Of a stretch of DNA of 64,000 bases, positions 24,501-37,777 are shown piece after piece. Every line of letters begins with the position of its first letter. The first letter of the stretch is position 1. The notes below the pieces were generated by a model. That model made no database searches. It worked only from the letters and a program-made list of their open reading frames with translations, and had not been told where the DNA came from. A program made the translations under genes and the position numbers. Where the stretch lies: the NCBI RefSeq assembly GCF_006345805.1, contig NC_043002.1, forward strand, positions 18,414,001 through 18,478,000, written 5' to 3'. The stretch comes from Octopus sinensis. Taxonomy: Eukaryota.

Positions 24501-24601
24501 TTCTGTCTTTTTGAGGGTCGATAAAATAAAGTACCAGTTGAATACTAGGGTCGATGTAATCGACTCATCTCCTATTGTTATTATTATTATTATTATTATT
24601 A

Positions 24602-24649
<48 letters not shown>

Positions 24650-24652
<3 letters not shown>

Positions 24653-25500
24653 GAAAACTCACAGCTTATTTTGCTGGGTATGATGGAAAGTGTCAGCTGT
24701 CCACAGACTAAGGTGACACTTGTTTACTGGTCAAGCTTCAAGAACCCTGCGAAGAATTCTTGCAGTTCCAAGCAATGCTGATTTTTGTAGGTGTTCTACT
24801 TTCACACTTGCACCGATCTTTTCCAGTCATGCTGGTAGTTGAGTGCTGATACGTCCACGTACACCAATTACTATTGGTATCACGTCTACTCTCTTCACTG
24901 ACCATAACCTTCGTATTTCCCACTTTAAATTGTCGTAGTTGTTTATTTTTTTCTTCGACTTTCACATTAATCCTGTTGTCACCAGGGAATGCTATGTCGA
25001 TAATCATACATGTTCTTTCTTTTTTATTCACCACAACAATGTCCGGTTTCCTATGTTTGAGTCAGGTGATTGCACTATATCATTACATCCCACAAGATTA
25101 GCAGATCTCATTCTCAGTGACTCCTTCTGGGGTTTGTTTATACCACGCCTTTGCTCTTTGTAGGCCATGATTTCCACAGAGCTTCCAATGGACCATTGTT
25201 GCCATTTTGCCATGGTGTCGTTTGTATTCGCGTTGTACCAATTTCGGGTATTCGTTAATGATGTGTCATGCTGTTTCACCCTTCTTATCATACATTCTGC
25301 ATTTGTCGCTATCAGTGGTGTTGTCAATTCTGCACTTCATATAATTGGTCCTTAATGCTTGTTCCTGAGCTGCGCATATGAGTGCTTCTGTCTCCATCTT
25401 CAGGTCACTCCTCTTCATCCATAGCCACCGGTCCTCTATATCTGTCTTGCTGTTCACATCTCTTACAAACTGACCATACATTTTCTTTTCCTTCCATGCT
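24650..25500 (-). mobile_element. Second R4/Dong-clade 3' fragment, frameshifted
   Basis: MYGQF...LKMETEALICAAQEQALRTN...CRMY, RKPDIVMVNKKERTCMIIDIAFPGD, ARILRRVLEA-stop, then a long (TAA)n. Confidence 0.9.
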
Positions 25501-25633
25501 ATTTCTTTTCTCTTTTTTTTTGGTTCATTTCTTGTTTAAATTTTCCTTTCCCCTTTTTTCGCTTTCCCTTCCTTTCCTTCCCTCTCTTCCCTCCTCCACT
25601 CTATTATTATTGTTGTTGTTGTTGTTATTATCA

Positions 25634-25667
<34 letters not shown>

Positions 25668-25679
25668 CACTATTATTAT

Positions 25680-25711
<32 letters not shown>

Positions 25712-25723
25712 TCATTATCACCA

Positions 25724-25917
25724 AAGCGGCGAGCTGGTAGAATCTTTAGCACACCGGACGAAATGCTTAGCGGCATTTCGTCTGCCGTTAGGTTTTGAGT
25801 TCGAAATCCGCCGAGGTCTGCTTTGCTTTTCATCCTTTTGGGGTCGATGTAATCGATTTGGTCCCTTCTCCCAAAATTTGAAGCTTTGTGCTTCCAGTAG
25901 AAAAGATTATTATTATA

Positions 25918-25971
<54 letters not shown>

Positions 25972-25990
25972 TGTAGTAGTAGGTGTTGTT
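25724..25990 (+). mobile_element. SINE family B variant with (ATT)n tail
   Basis: Family B head, ...cttccagtagaaaagattattatt. Confidence 0.75.
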
Positions 25991-26279
25991 GTCGTTGTTG
26001 TTGTTGTTTTTGTTGTTGTTGTACGCATATTTTTATGCCCATTTCTAATTCCGTACATGCCACATTGTGCAATTTCTATTTCCAATATTTATTGATAAGA
26101 AAATATTAGTATTTCACGGTACAATGAGTTCACTGACACAAGCAAATATGATTGATTTGGTGGTTATGTAAGAGAATTGTAAGAAAAGAATAACAACAAC
26201 AACAACAACAAAACACCATCTTTTCAGTCTTTGAAAGATTGATTCATTTTTTTATTCTTTTACGTGCACAGAATCAGAC

Positions 26280-26599
26280 AGACACGCACACATACATACT
26301 CACATTCTAACATACACACACACACACACACACACACATACACAAGCTCATACACACACACACACAAGCACACACAAGCACACACACACAAGCACACACA
26401 CACACAAGCACACACACACACAAGCACACACACACACACACATATATACATATATATATATATATATATACATGCAAGCATACATACAAACATACATACA
26501 CACACTCATATATATATATGTATATGCGTGTGTCTGTGTGTGTAGGAATGTATGTGTTGTCAGTGTATAGAATAGGCGTGCGTATACATAGAATAAACA

Positions 26600-26645
<46 letters not shown>

Positions 26646-26813
26646 AGTGAATTTGTTTATGTGTGCGCATGCGCGTGTGTTTGTTTCCATATGTATATAT
26701 ACATATATGTGTACTTATGAGCGTCTACATATGTCTGTTTACATACACCCACTTAATGTGTATGCGTGTATTTTATTGTATTTATGTAAATAACAGCTTA
26801 CTTAAAAGCATAT

Positions 26814-26845
<32 letters not shown>

Positions 26846-26915
26846 CTATATATATATATATATATTATATATATGCAAACGGACATATTTAGACGCTCAT
26901 AAGTACACATATATG

Positions 26916-26964
<49 letters not shown>

Positions 26965-28033
26965 AGTATGTATGTATGTATGTATGTATGCAAACGGACA
27001 CATTTAGACGCTCATAAGTACATATATATATATATATATATATACATATGGAAACAAACAAACGCGCATGCACACACATACACAAACACACACACAAACA
27101 TATATATATATATATATACACATATATACATATGTTTATTTTATGTATACGCACGCCTATATATGGTTATACATATACATAATGATAGAGTTTTAATAGT
27201 GTGTGTGTATGCGTTTGCGTGTGCCTGTTTGTGTACTTGTCTGTGTATATATATGTGTGTACATTTAAGCATTAAATTACAAGAGACGAATAAAGTGGTA
27301 AATTTATTTCATTCCTTTTCGTAAGTTACATTGATGCAACTTCGCTCGTACTGTCTCATTCGAAGGTAGACAACATAAACAGTTAAATAATTGTTTAATT
27401 GCTTACCTTCTGAAGGGTCATTATATCTATTTTATGGTTATTACAGCCTGTACACTTGCATAATATAACACTATATATATGAGTATGTACATGCTTTCAT
27501 TGGTGCAGTAACAGAGCATCATGGGTAATATAGAGAATAGTTATATGACGCGCCTTATAGAGGCACATTAATAACTCTTTTACACTTTTACTCTTTTCAG
27601 TCATTTGACTGTGGCCATGCTGGAGCTCTGCCTTTAGTCGAGCAAATCGACACCAGACTTATTCTATCGGTCTCTTTTGCCGAACCGCTAAGTTACAGGG
27701 ACATAAACACACCAGCATCGATTGTCAAGCGATGTTGGGGGACAAACACAGACACACAAACATACATGCACACACACACACAGACACACACCACATCTAT
27801 ATATATATATATATATATATACGAAGGGCTTCTTTCAGTTTCCGTCTACCAAATCCACTCACAAGGCTTGGTCGTCCCGAGGCTATAGTACAAGACACTT
27901 GCCCAAGGTGGCATGCAATGAGATTGACCCCGGAACCATGTGGTTGGTAAGCAATATATGATTATGTGCATATATATGTGTATATATATATATGCATTAT
28001 ATACACATAATATATGCACATAATCATATATGA

Positions 28034-28068
<35 letters not shown>

Positions 28069-28093
28069 CAACATATATACATATATATATACC

Positions 28094-28129
<36 letters not shown>

Positions 28130-28143
28130 TATATATACACACA

Positions 28144-28180
<37 letters not shown>

Positions 28181-28290
28181 ATATACACACATATATATAC
28201 ATATATACATATATACATATATATACATATATAACATATATATACATAAATAATACAAACATATATATATATATGTTTGTATATATATGT
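26280..28290. repeat. Dense CA/TA/TATG microsatellite field (contains a SINE A at 27573-27953, minus strand)
   Basis: Simple repeats explain the HT-, YI- and CV-rich ORFs. Confidence 0.9.
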
Positions 28291-28813
28291 ACGTAAATAC
28301 TACAGAAGAAATATAACGTAACAAAGGTATAAGTAACCGAAATCAAGGAAGACAGACAGTGAGATTTTCTCTTAAAAATTGCAAAGAATCCGACGGTAAG
28401 AAAAGCAGCTGCTATTCTTATAACAAAACAAATGGTTCTACTTCCCAACTTAGAACGATTTTATGAAGAACTAACGAAACAAAAAAATAAATTAAATAAA
28501 AATCACTGAAGCACGAAAACAAGTGAAGGGAAATTTTAGGTCGGAATTGGAACAGTGAAGAACTTACGAAAACTAACAAGCCCCAAAACCTTGCCTATAG
28601 ATAACAAAACCTTAACAGTAATAATATCGCCAATGATAAATAACCTTCTGGAAATAAAAGAAATCCTTTCCGGAGGAAGAGAATGGCTCTACGAAGGCTT
28701 AATTGAGGTAAAGAACAATCACTGATCAAAAACGAGACAGTAATACAACTGATACATCGTGAGTCCAGTTGCATTGTTGAGCTGTACTTAGTATTACTTT
28801 GCTCCTGGTCAAC

Positions 28814-29231
28814 ACCTATTTCTATACTACCCACAAGGGGCTAAACACAGAGAGGACAAACAAGGACAGACAAACGAATTAAGTTGATTATATCGACCCC
28901 AGTGCGTAACTGGTACTTATTTAATCGACCCCGAAAGGATCAAAGACAAAGTCGACCTCGGCGGAATTTGAACTCAGAACGTAGCGGCAGACGAAATACC
29001 TATTTCTTTATTGCCCACAAGGGCCTAAACACAGAGGAGACAAACAAGGACAGACAGGCGGATTAAGTCGATTGTATCGACCCCAGTGCGTAACTGGTAC
29101 TTATTTAATCGACCCTTAAAGGATGAAAGGCAAAGTCGACCTCAGCGGAATTTGAACTAAGAACGTAGCGGCAGACGAAATACCGCTAAGCATTTCGCCC
29201 GGCGCTCAAACGTTTCTACCAGCTCGCCGCC
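28814..29231 (-). mobile_element. SINE family B dimer with TSD
   Basis: Same gaaatag|gtatttcg junction; tggt(c/g)aacacc on both flanks. Confidence 0.9.
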
Positions 29232-29500
29232 TTTGGTGAACACCGATTGTGTAAAAATGTATTCTAGTCATAACCTTCCCATCTATTTGTATAACCCTGC
29301 CCATTGTTTCCTCTTGTATTTAAGATGACAGGGTGTTATTTCTAGCATATCGTCATTCCTAGCTGTTTCTGTTTGTCTACTGCTATAAAAGAATGTATTT
29401 TGCTATGAAAGGTTACTGTGGACCATACGATATTACGCCGTCTCTTTTTTTATTTTTATCAGTGAAAGGTGAGATGTGTAAGTAATTTTTCCATTAAGGA

Positions 29501-29679
29501 AGGCATAGGAGTGGCTGTGTGGTAAGTAGCTTGCTTACCAACCAAATGGTTCCGGGTTCAGTCCCACTGCGTGGTACCTTGGGCAAGTGTCTTCTACTAT
29601 AGCCTCGGGCCGACCAGAGCCTTGTGAGTGGATTTAGTAGACAGAAACTGAAAGAAGACAGTCGTATATATGTATATTT

Positions 29680-29713
<34 letters not shown>

Positions 29714-29933
29714 ATGTCTGTGTGTCTGTGTTGTCCCTCCAACATCGCTTGACAACCGATGCTGGTGTGTTTACGTCCCCGTAACTTAGCGGTTCGGCAA
29801 AAGAGACCGATAGAATAAGTACTAGGCTTACAAAGAATAAGTCCTTGGGTCGATTTGCCCGACTAAATGCGGTACTGCAGCATGGCCACAGTCAAATGAC
29901 TGAAACAAGTAAAAGAGTAAAAGAGTAAAGAGT
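29501..29933 (+). mobile_element. SINE family A, full length
   Basis: Head, internal (TA)(TG)n and (aagagta)n tail. Confidence 0.9.
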
Positions 29934-30140
29934 ATTAAATTCACTCGCTAGTAGGGTTTATTTCTGCAGGAGACTACTGTATCAGGGAAAATTCACCAGA
30001 TATTGATATCAAAGATTCCCATGTATTGAAGTGCCGTGTGATGGAAATATTAGACCCATCATACGAAAATATACCCCTGAAAGAAATACATAAATTATCC
30101 GAATGTGTGCATTGAAACAGTCCATATCATGATATGTGAG

Positions 30141-30745
30141 TGTGCGTGGTTCAGTGGTTAGGATAGTCGGCTCACGATCGTTACTTTATGAGTTCGATTC
30201 CCCGCGGTACGTTATGCCCTTGAGCAAGTCTACTCCGTTAGTTAAAATGGGTTCTACCTGTATTTCAAAGGGCCAGCCTTATCACATTTTGTGTCAAGCT
30301 GAATCTCCCTGGGAACTACGTTATGGATACGCGTGTTTGTGTAATACTCAACCACTTACACGTTAATTTCAAGTGTCTTCTGCTATATCCTCGGGCCTAC
30401 CAATGCCTTGTGAGTGGATTTGGTAGACGGAAACTGAAAGAAGCCTGTCGTATATATGTATATATATATATGTGTGTGTGTGTATGTGTGTGCGTATGTC
30501 TGTGTTTGTCCCCCTAGCATTGCTTGACAACCGATGCTGGTGTGTTTACGTCCCCGTCACTTAGCGGTTCGGCAAAAGAGACCGATAGAATAAGTACTGG
30601 GCTTACAAAGAATAAGTGCCGGGGTCGATTTGCTCGACTAAAGGCGGTGCTCCAGCATGGCCGCAGTCAAATGACTGAAAGAAGAAAAAGAAGAAGAATC
30701 AACTTGAACACTGGTCGTCGTAACCGACGGAGAATCAGGCTATCC
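30141..30745 (+). mobile_element. Old family C-like SINE interrupted by a 5'-truncated SINE A (30370-30690)
   Basis: Family C sequence stops at ttaatttca, switches to aagtgtcttc (A), then resumes at ...gtcgtcgtaaccgacggag. Confidence 0.7.
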
Positions 30746-31645
30746 TGAGAATCAGTGCCTTGAGAATGAATGAAAAGAAAATTTACATAAATGCATAACC
30801 AAACTGCTGTACTTAATTAAACACCTCATCTAGAAAATAGTACTGCTTGCCGCTCTACACTTAAAACGTACAGCATTCTTAATATGAAAGAAAATAAACA
30901 CATCATGCACCAAAAACAACAGAGATTTAAGTTCGATCTTAAGTTCGAAAACAGCTATTCAATAAGACTATTGAAATGATAATGATTAAAGAATCAAAAC
31001 CTATAACACCATTACAAAGTGACAAAGGAGAAAAATATAATGATACCATTGTTAATGAATATTAATTGCAATTTTTAGAATGCTTAGAGATATCGGGGGA
31101 ACAATATAAATGGATTAAAATATTCCAAAGAATAAGGAAGAATTACGGAGGGAAAATTAGCATCATTAAGAGAAATAAATTAACTAAGATTACTATTCGA
31201 GAATAAACTGCGTTAATTTATTTTTTAATGGTATCCTGGAAAAACTGCGAGAATAGTAATAACACTAATACCAATGTCTTGACATACTATAACGCCTCAC
31301 TTGTTTGGTTGTGATATTATTTAACCCTAAGTCAACTATGACTGAACACACATTGATCAAAAGAATTCCAGTCATGACCTTCCCATCTTTTAGTATTTCT
31401 AATAGGTCGACCGACCGTGGATAAGTTGAACATTTAAGTATTGGCCAAAAAGAAGGATATTAGTCGAAGGGAAAACTGGAAAGACGAGTATAAAAGACTT
31501 AAAAGACTATAAAAGATATGGTCACCATTCCGAATATTACGTAGACATACAGGTACGTGCTGTTGTGTAATTACGGAGCTCACTTACCATCCACGTAGAT
31601 CTACCTTTAATTCCACTATTGGGAATCTGATTATTAGAAACTGGA

Positions 31646-32015
31646 TGGAAGCGCTCCGTCGGAAACGACGACGAGGGTTCCGGTTGATCCGAATCAACGG
31701 AACAGCCTGCTCGTGAAATTAACGTGTAAGTGGCTGAGCACTCCACAGACACGTGTACCCTTAACGTAGTTCTCGGGGATATTTAGCGTGACACAGAGAG
31801 TGACAAGGCCGACCCCTTGAAATACAGGTACAACAGAAACAGGAAGTAAGAGTGAGAGAAAGTTGTGGTGAAAGAGTACAGCAGGGATCACCACCATCCC
31901 CTGCCGGAGCCTCGTTGAGCTTTTAGGTGTTTTCGCTCAATAAACACTCACAACGCCCGGTCTGGGAATCGAAACCGCGAGTCCGCTGCCCTAACCACTG
32001 GGCCATTGCGCCTCC
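31646..32015 (-). mobile_element. Young SINE family C, 12-bp TSD
   Basis: ttattagaaact on both flanks; nearly identical to the copies at 35719 and 37778. Confidence 0.9.
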
Positions 32016-32529
32016 ACTTATTAGAAACTATGATTAAACTCGCTATATGCCTAAATAGATAGATAGAGAGAGAGAGAGAGAAAGAGAGAGAGGGGGGGAG
32101 AGAGAGAGAAAGAGAGAGAGAGGGGGAGAGAGAGAGATTATGTATGTGTGTGTGGTGTGTGTGCATCTAGAAAACAATACAAGTTACTTAATATACAGGC
32201 TACCTTTGTTTTCATGGTTTCGGTCTTCAGGTGTTCTCTATCTCCACTTGTTATACAAAAATAAGAACATTTTCAAAAGCCACTTTTTTCCCAAAATAAT
32301 TTTTTCCCGCTTCTTTGAAGGTGAAAAACGCGTCCCCAAAGGTGTGAAAAATTTCCCTTTAATTGTGACACTGAAGTCGCTAGCAAAGAAAACGATGTTA
32401 TTTCGAAATGGAGAAGATACTGGACTCTTCTCTTGATCTATTATGAAATATAAACCATGATAATTTTGAGTACAGATAATTTAATTGCTGTCATCATATA
32501 AAAAGAAAATAAAGTGAGGGAGAAAGTGA

Positions 32530-32922
32530 GAACCGTTAGCACGCCAGGAGAAATGCTAAGCGGTATTTTGTTTGCCGTTACGTTCTGAGTTCAAATTCCG
32601 CCGAGGTCGACTTTGCCTTTCATCCTTTCGGGGTCGATAAATTAAGTACCAGTTACGCACTGGGGTCGATTTAACCGACTTAATACCTATGTCTGTCCTT
32701 GTTTGTCCCCTCTATGTTTAGCCTCTTGTGGGTAATAAAGAAATAGGTATTTTGTTTGCCGTTACGTTGTGAGTTCAAATTTCGCCGAGGTCGACTTAAC
32801 CTTTCATCCTTTCGGGGTCGATAAATTAAGTACCAGTTACGCACTGGGGTCGATGTAATACCTATGTCTGTCTTTGTTTGTCCCCTCTATGTTTAGCCCC
32901 TTGTGGGTAATAAAGAAATAGG
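32530..32922 (+). mobile_element. SINE family B dimer
   Basis: Two bodies joined at gaaatag|gtattttg; no clear TSD. Confidence 0.85.
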
Positions 32923-33762
32923 TAATCAATAAAACTAGTGAAGTGGATTAGGGAATATAAATATAAGAGTGCGGTTCAGGGTGATGGAATGCAACAGAAT
33001 TAAATGACAGCTAAAGGTGGGAACATTTAAAAAAAATTTAACTATGAAGTCTTAGAAACGAAGCTAAAAAATGGAAATCTTATTTAGAATTAAAACTTAC
33101 TCAATTCCATTCTTAAGTTATTCACTAATTTTCTTCACTGAATTGAAAGGGAACTGTTAACAGTGTTGACACATTATTTACCAAGAAAGATGGAAAACGG
33201 GAATCTAAAATTGTGAAATTTATTAGAAAAATGTAAGAAAAATCACGAGGAGAATCAATGGTGATCACATAGAGGGAGAAAATATTTAGGGAAGAAAGAA
33301 TAAGATGGAAAAGCTATATCTATATACAAAATCAAAGTATGAATATTAAAAATATATATCTATTGTAATTAGGAATTCAATTAATAACACATCATTATAA
33401 CACAGTACGTCATTACGACGCAGTAAATCCTGGTTGAACAAACTTACATAGATATACAGAATCAGCTAAGTTGATCGTTTTTAGCTACATATTTAGAATA
33501 AAAATAAGAAAAGCATAGATTTTAGATATAGTTGATAATTTCATAATGTTGAACAGATGTTTCAATAACATAAACATTATCATTTATGTAATTAAGTAAT
33601 TAGAGTATATAATTAATCAATCTTGTATTAAGTGTGAGACTCATAACCTTGAGAGAGGGAAAATCATTATACGGCCAATTAATCAGGCAAAGAAAAGGTA
33701 TTGCATTAGAAGCAAATTATAGTTTGTTGACAAGTGGAAGGCCAACGAGGGAATCGAAATAC

Positions 33763-34170
33763 CTATTTCTTTACTACCCACAAGGGGCTAAACACAGAAA
33801 GGACAAACAAGGACAGACAAACGGATTAAGTCGATTATATCGACCCCAGTGCGTAACTGGTACTTATTTAATCGACCTCGAAAGGATGAAAGGCAAAGTC
33901 GACCTAGGTGGAATTTGAACTCAGAACGTAACGGCAGACGAAATACCTATTTCTTTACTACCCACAAGAGGCTAAACATAGAGAGGACAAACAAAGACAG
34001 ATGAACGGATTAAGTCGATTATATCGACCCCAGTGCGTAACTGGTACTTATTTAATCGACCACGAAAGGCAAAGTCGACCTCGGCGGAATTTGAACTCAG
34101 AACGTAACGGCAGACGAAATACCGCTTAGCATTTCGCCCGGCGTGCTAACAATCCTGCCAGCTCGCCGCC
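33763..34170 (-). mobile_element. SINE family B dimer, 14-bp TSD
   Basis: gaatcgaaatacct at 33751-33764 and 34176-34189. Confidence 0.9.
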
Positions 34171-34479
34171 TTCGAGAATCGAAATACCTGATCATACTTT
34201 TGCAAGAAGTGATTATTACAAACTTTGTTTTAAAGAAGCAAAAAATCGATAGGAGTCAACAGTAAACAATGTGTATTGTTTGTGTATGACATCGTCAACC
34301 ATATAACGAGATGGTACAAGAATATGATGAAAAATTGACACCGGAGAGAAACAATGACACACTAAGAAGATAAGCGGAAGCTTTGATGTGAAATAAACAA
34401 AAAATATAGTGCCACGAGCTGCCAGAAGTTTTTACTGAAAGTTCTAATATAAAAGCTTTTGGAATTTATCTGCACAAAT

Positions 34480-34790
34480 GCGAAAACCATAAGAAAGAAA
34501 GAAACGACTAAATATGATAAGAGAGAGGAAAAAAACCAATGTTTGTAAAAAGTAAATTAGAGGAAAAGGTTGAGTAGTATCTAAACATGGCTAGCGAGTT
34601 GAGAAAACTCTACAAGTTAATGAAAGACATCCTTGTTGTCATAGAAGCATTGAGTATAACACTGTTACAGCTGTTCAAGACAATGAGAGACATTGGAATT
34701 GAGAGGCAGATGAGCGGAGTTACTGAAAATATCCTTTCCTCAATCGTACGAGAATCTGTTGGAAAGCTCTTGAGAGCTGAATAGACTTAT
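34480..34790 (+). mobile_element. Old R4/Dong-like C-terminal relic
   Basis: KLEEKVE*YLNMASELRKLYKLMKDILVVIEALS resembles KEEEKIEKYQDLARELRKLW...IPVVIGALG. Confidence 0.5.
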
Positions 34791-35159
34791 TACTGCCAAC
34801 ACTCAGCATGCATGTTTGTTCACATGATCAGTATGAATCCTTGTAAATGTAATAATAATAGCAGCGCGGTCGTGTGGTTGTTGCTACTGCTACTGCTGCT
34901 ATCACTGTTTAGCCCTAGGTCAGCCCTGTGTAAGTAACTCTACGAAGAAGCATTCCACCTGATAGCACTGATTTGTTTTAAAGATGTACCATCCCAGATT
35001 TTCGGTTACTGTTATTATTGTTTAACATTTTCATTACTGTTACTGTGGCTGGTGTCTTCTTCTTCCAATCAGGACTCACGCTATTAGCCACACAGAATAA
35101 TCACTAATTCGAGCCTATTCTAAGCTACTAAGAATGCGTGTGGAAAGTTGAAGATCAAC

Positions 35160-35490
35160 CCACCACACGCGATAGACTGGCGGTTGCACGGGTGCGAAAG
35201 CTACGTTGTTATCCTCATTCCGTAAACGGTGGCTTTTAACGGGTGGAGAGCTGAACCATTCTGGGGTGCAGAGGATTCGCAATTTAGACAAGGGTCTGAA
35301 AGTTTACCACACCATAGTGGGTTACACCATGGTTCCTCTGCTTTGTGACAGAAGTAGGAAGAAAGAGTGAGAGAAAGTTGTAGTGAAAGAGTACAGCAGG
35401 GTTCACCAATCCTCCCCGCCGGAGCCTCGTGGAACTTGGTGTTTTTGCTCAATAAACACTCACAATGCCCAGGCTGGGAATCGAAACCGC
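35160..35490 (-). mobile_element. SINE family C head with another alternative 3' module
   Basis: Shared 5' module, then gtcacaaagcagaggaaccatggtgtaacccac... Confidence 0.65.
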
Positions 35491-35718
35491 GTTCTTACGA
35501 CCACTGTGGATGGTGTTGTTTTTACTGTTTTTACTGTATTTACTGTTTTTACTGCTCATCATCATTAGTATTCTGATAATGATCGTGGTCGTTTAGATAG
35601 TCGCTTAACATGTTAGAAATGGCAGTCAGTTACTCCTCATATCACATCCTACCTTAAGTAAGGAATGAACATATTTGGCAATCCAGTCCTTGTTACAGAA
35701 TCTGTAAATAAATTAAGT

Positions 35719-36102
35719 GAAGGCGCAATGGCCCAGTGGTTAGGGCAGCGGACTCGCGGTCGTAGGGTCGCGGTTTCGATTCCCAGACCGGGCGTTGCGA
35801 GTGTTTATTGAGCGAAAAACACCTAAAGCTCCACAAGGCTCCGGCAGGGGATGGTGGTGATCCCTGCTGTACTCTTTCACCACAACTTTCTCTCACTCTT
35901 ACTTCCTGTTTCTGTTGTACCTGTATTTCAAGGGGCCGGCCTTGTCACACTCTGTGTCACGCTGAATATCCCCGAGAACTACGTTAAGGGTACACGTGTC
36001 TGTGGAGTGCTCAGCCACTTGCACGTTAATTTCACGAGCAGGCTGTTCCGTTGATTCGGATCAACCGGAACCCTCGTCGTCGGAACCGACGGAGTGCTTC
36101 CA
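35719..36102 (+). mobile_element. Young SINE family C, full length with TSD
   Basis: aaataaat(t/g)aag flanks; A/B boxes intact. Confidence 0.9.
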
Positions 36103-36614
36103 AATAAATGAAGAAACGGCCTCGTTCAGAACTCTTTCGATCATTGATCTGCTTCATTAGAAACCACGTGAGGAGAAACTATAACATCACAGAAACTGTC
36201 AGCTGAAATAATACTGAAGTGTGCTTTTGTATTTACTGTGCGTGTGTGCACGCACGTGTGTGTTCATATGCGTGTGTGCCAATGTGCTTGCATTAATATA
36301 CGTGTGTGAGCGTGTGTGAATGTGTGTGTGTGCGTACGCATGTGTGTGTATATGTGCGTGTATCTGTCTATGCCCGTATGCCACTATGTTCGCACCTGTT
36401 TGTGTGCATGTGTATGCTTCTGTGTGTGTGTGTGTGTACTGTGTGTGTGTATATACATATATATATATATGTGTGTGTGTGTGTGCGTATGCATGTGTGT
36501 GTATCTGTGTGTATATCTGTGTATGCACGTGTGTTCGAATGCCCGTATGCCAATATGTTCGCACCTGTGTGTGTGTGCATGTGTATGCCTGTGTTCGTGT
36601 GTGTACTGTGTGTG

Positions 36615-36662
<48 letters not shown>

Positions 36663-37777
36663 CTGTGTATGTGTAGATATATGTATATATATGTGTGTGT
36701 GTGTGTACTGTGTGTGTGTGTGTGTCTCCTGTGTATATGTATCAGTGTGTGTGTGTACGAGTATACGTATGCGTTTGTGTTAGATAATATTGTCTGCTAC
36801 TTACTTCCCATTGTTGACTGCATTATTTTGCAAAAATAAATATTCCCCGTCCATTGTTTTCGTATAATTATCCTAAGTTTCATTCCTTTCTTTCGTCTCG
36901 TTTCGCTTTTGTTTTTATAAGTTAGTGGAATGGGTTATTTGTTTTTTTTTTCATATGTTTTTCATAGTTAATTTTTTTTAATTATTTTCTATATTGCTTT
37001 TTTATGTTTTGTTTTAATTCATCTTTCTAAATGACATGTTTACAAAACAAATATCAAATTGTGATATTCAAAAGTCAGTCCTTAGGTCAGGAAGATATTT
37101 TGTTTGTTTTTTTTTTGTTTCTTTTAGTATCATTGTAAGTCTGTCTTTGTTTCTGTCTGTTTGTCTTTTGCATCTAAATGTTTGTTAGTTGCTGAGGATT
37201 TTTTTTATTTCCGTTGTTGTTGGTATTGTTTTTGTTCATATTATGGTTGTCTTATGTTTCTTATTCATTTAACTTTACCTCTGATCTACTCTCCGTCCAA
37301 TCCCGCCCAATCAAACCCCACTCGGCAGTCAGCATATTTAAAAGGCTAATTAAGTCAATTTCTAAATAAATAACAAACGAAATACACATAAATACACATA
37401 CCAATACAGAAAAGAAAAATGGTGATTAAAATGGCGATCATAATTGCTTTGTGTTCGGTATTTGTAGTGTAAGCAGCGTTGTTGAAAATAAGTGGAAAAA
37501 AAAATTCTAGTCTACTTCAATATCGATCGTCTGCTGCTAACTTGTTAACAGATGACTGGTTAAACTTTTCAAAAGACACTTAAACATACTGTGGGGTGCG
37601 GGGTAAAAAAAGATTGTGGAAATATTACTTGGAAGAAGGGTATGAGGTAAAAACAACATGCAAACATACTTAAGAGATTTTTAAAACGAAAAAATTTAGA
37701 ATTGCTATAGTTAAGAAATACGTTTGCAGCTTCGTGGTTTCGGATTCGGTTCTACTTCGGCGTACCTCTTACTATTG

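Noticed and set aside
27407-27447. 41-nt minus-strand exon candidate (CNNHKIDIMTLQK, AAG|gtaagc)
   Set aside because: Weak acceptor, no partner exons and no recognisable protein.
27846-28448. 200-aa ORF with a hydrophobic N-terminus
   Set aside because: Mostly (TA)n-derived IY repeats ending in a SINE; no recognisable domain.
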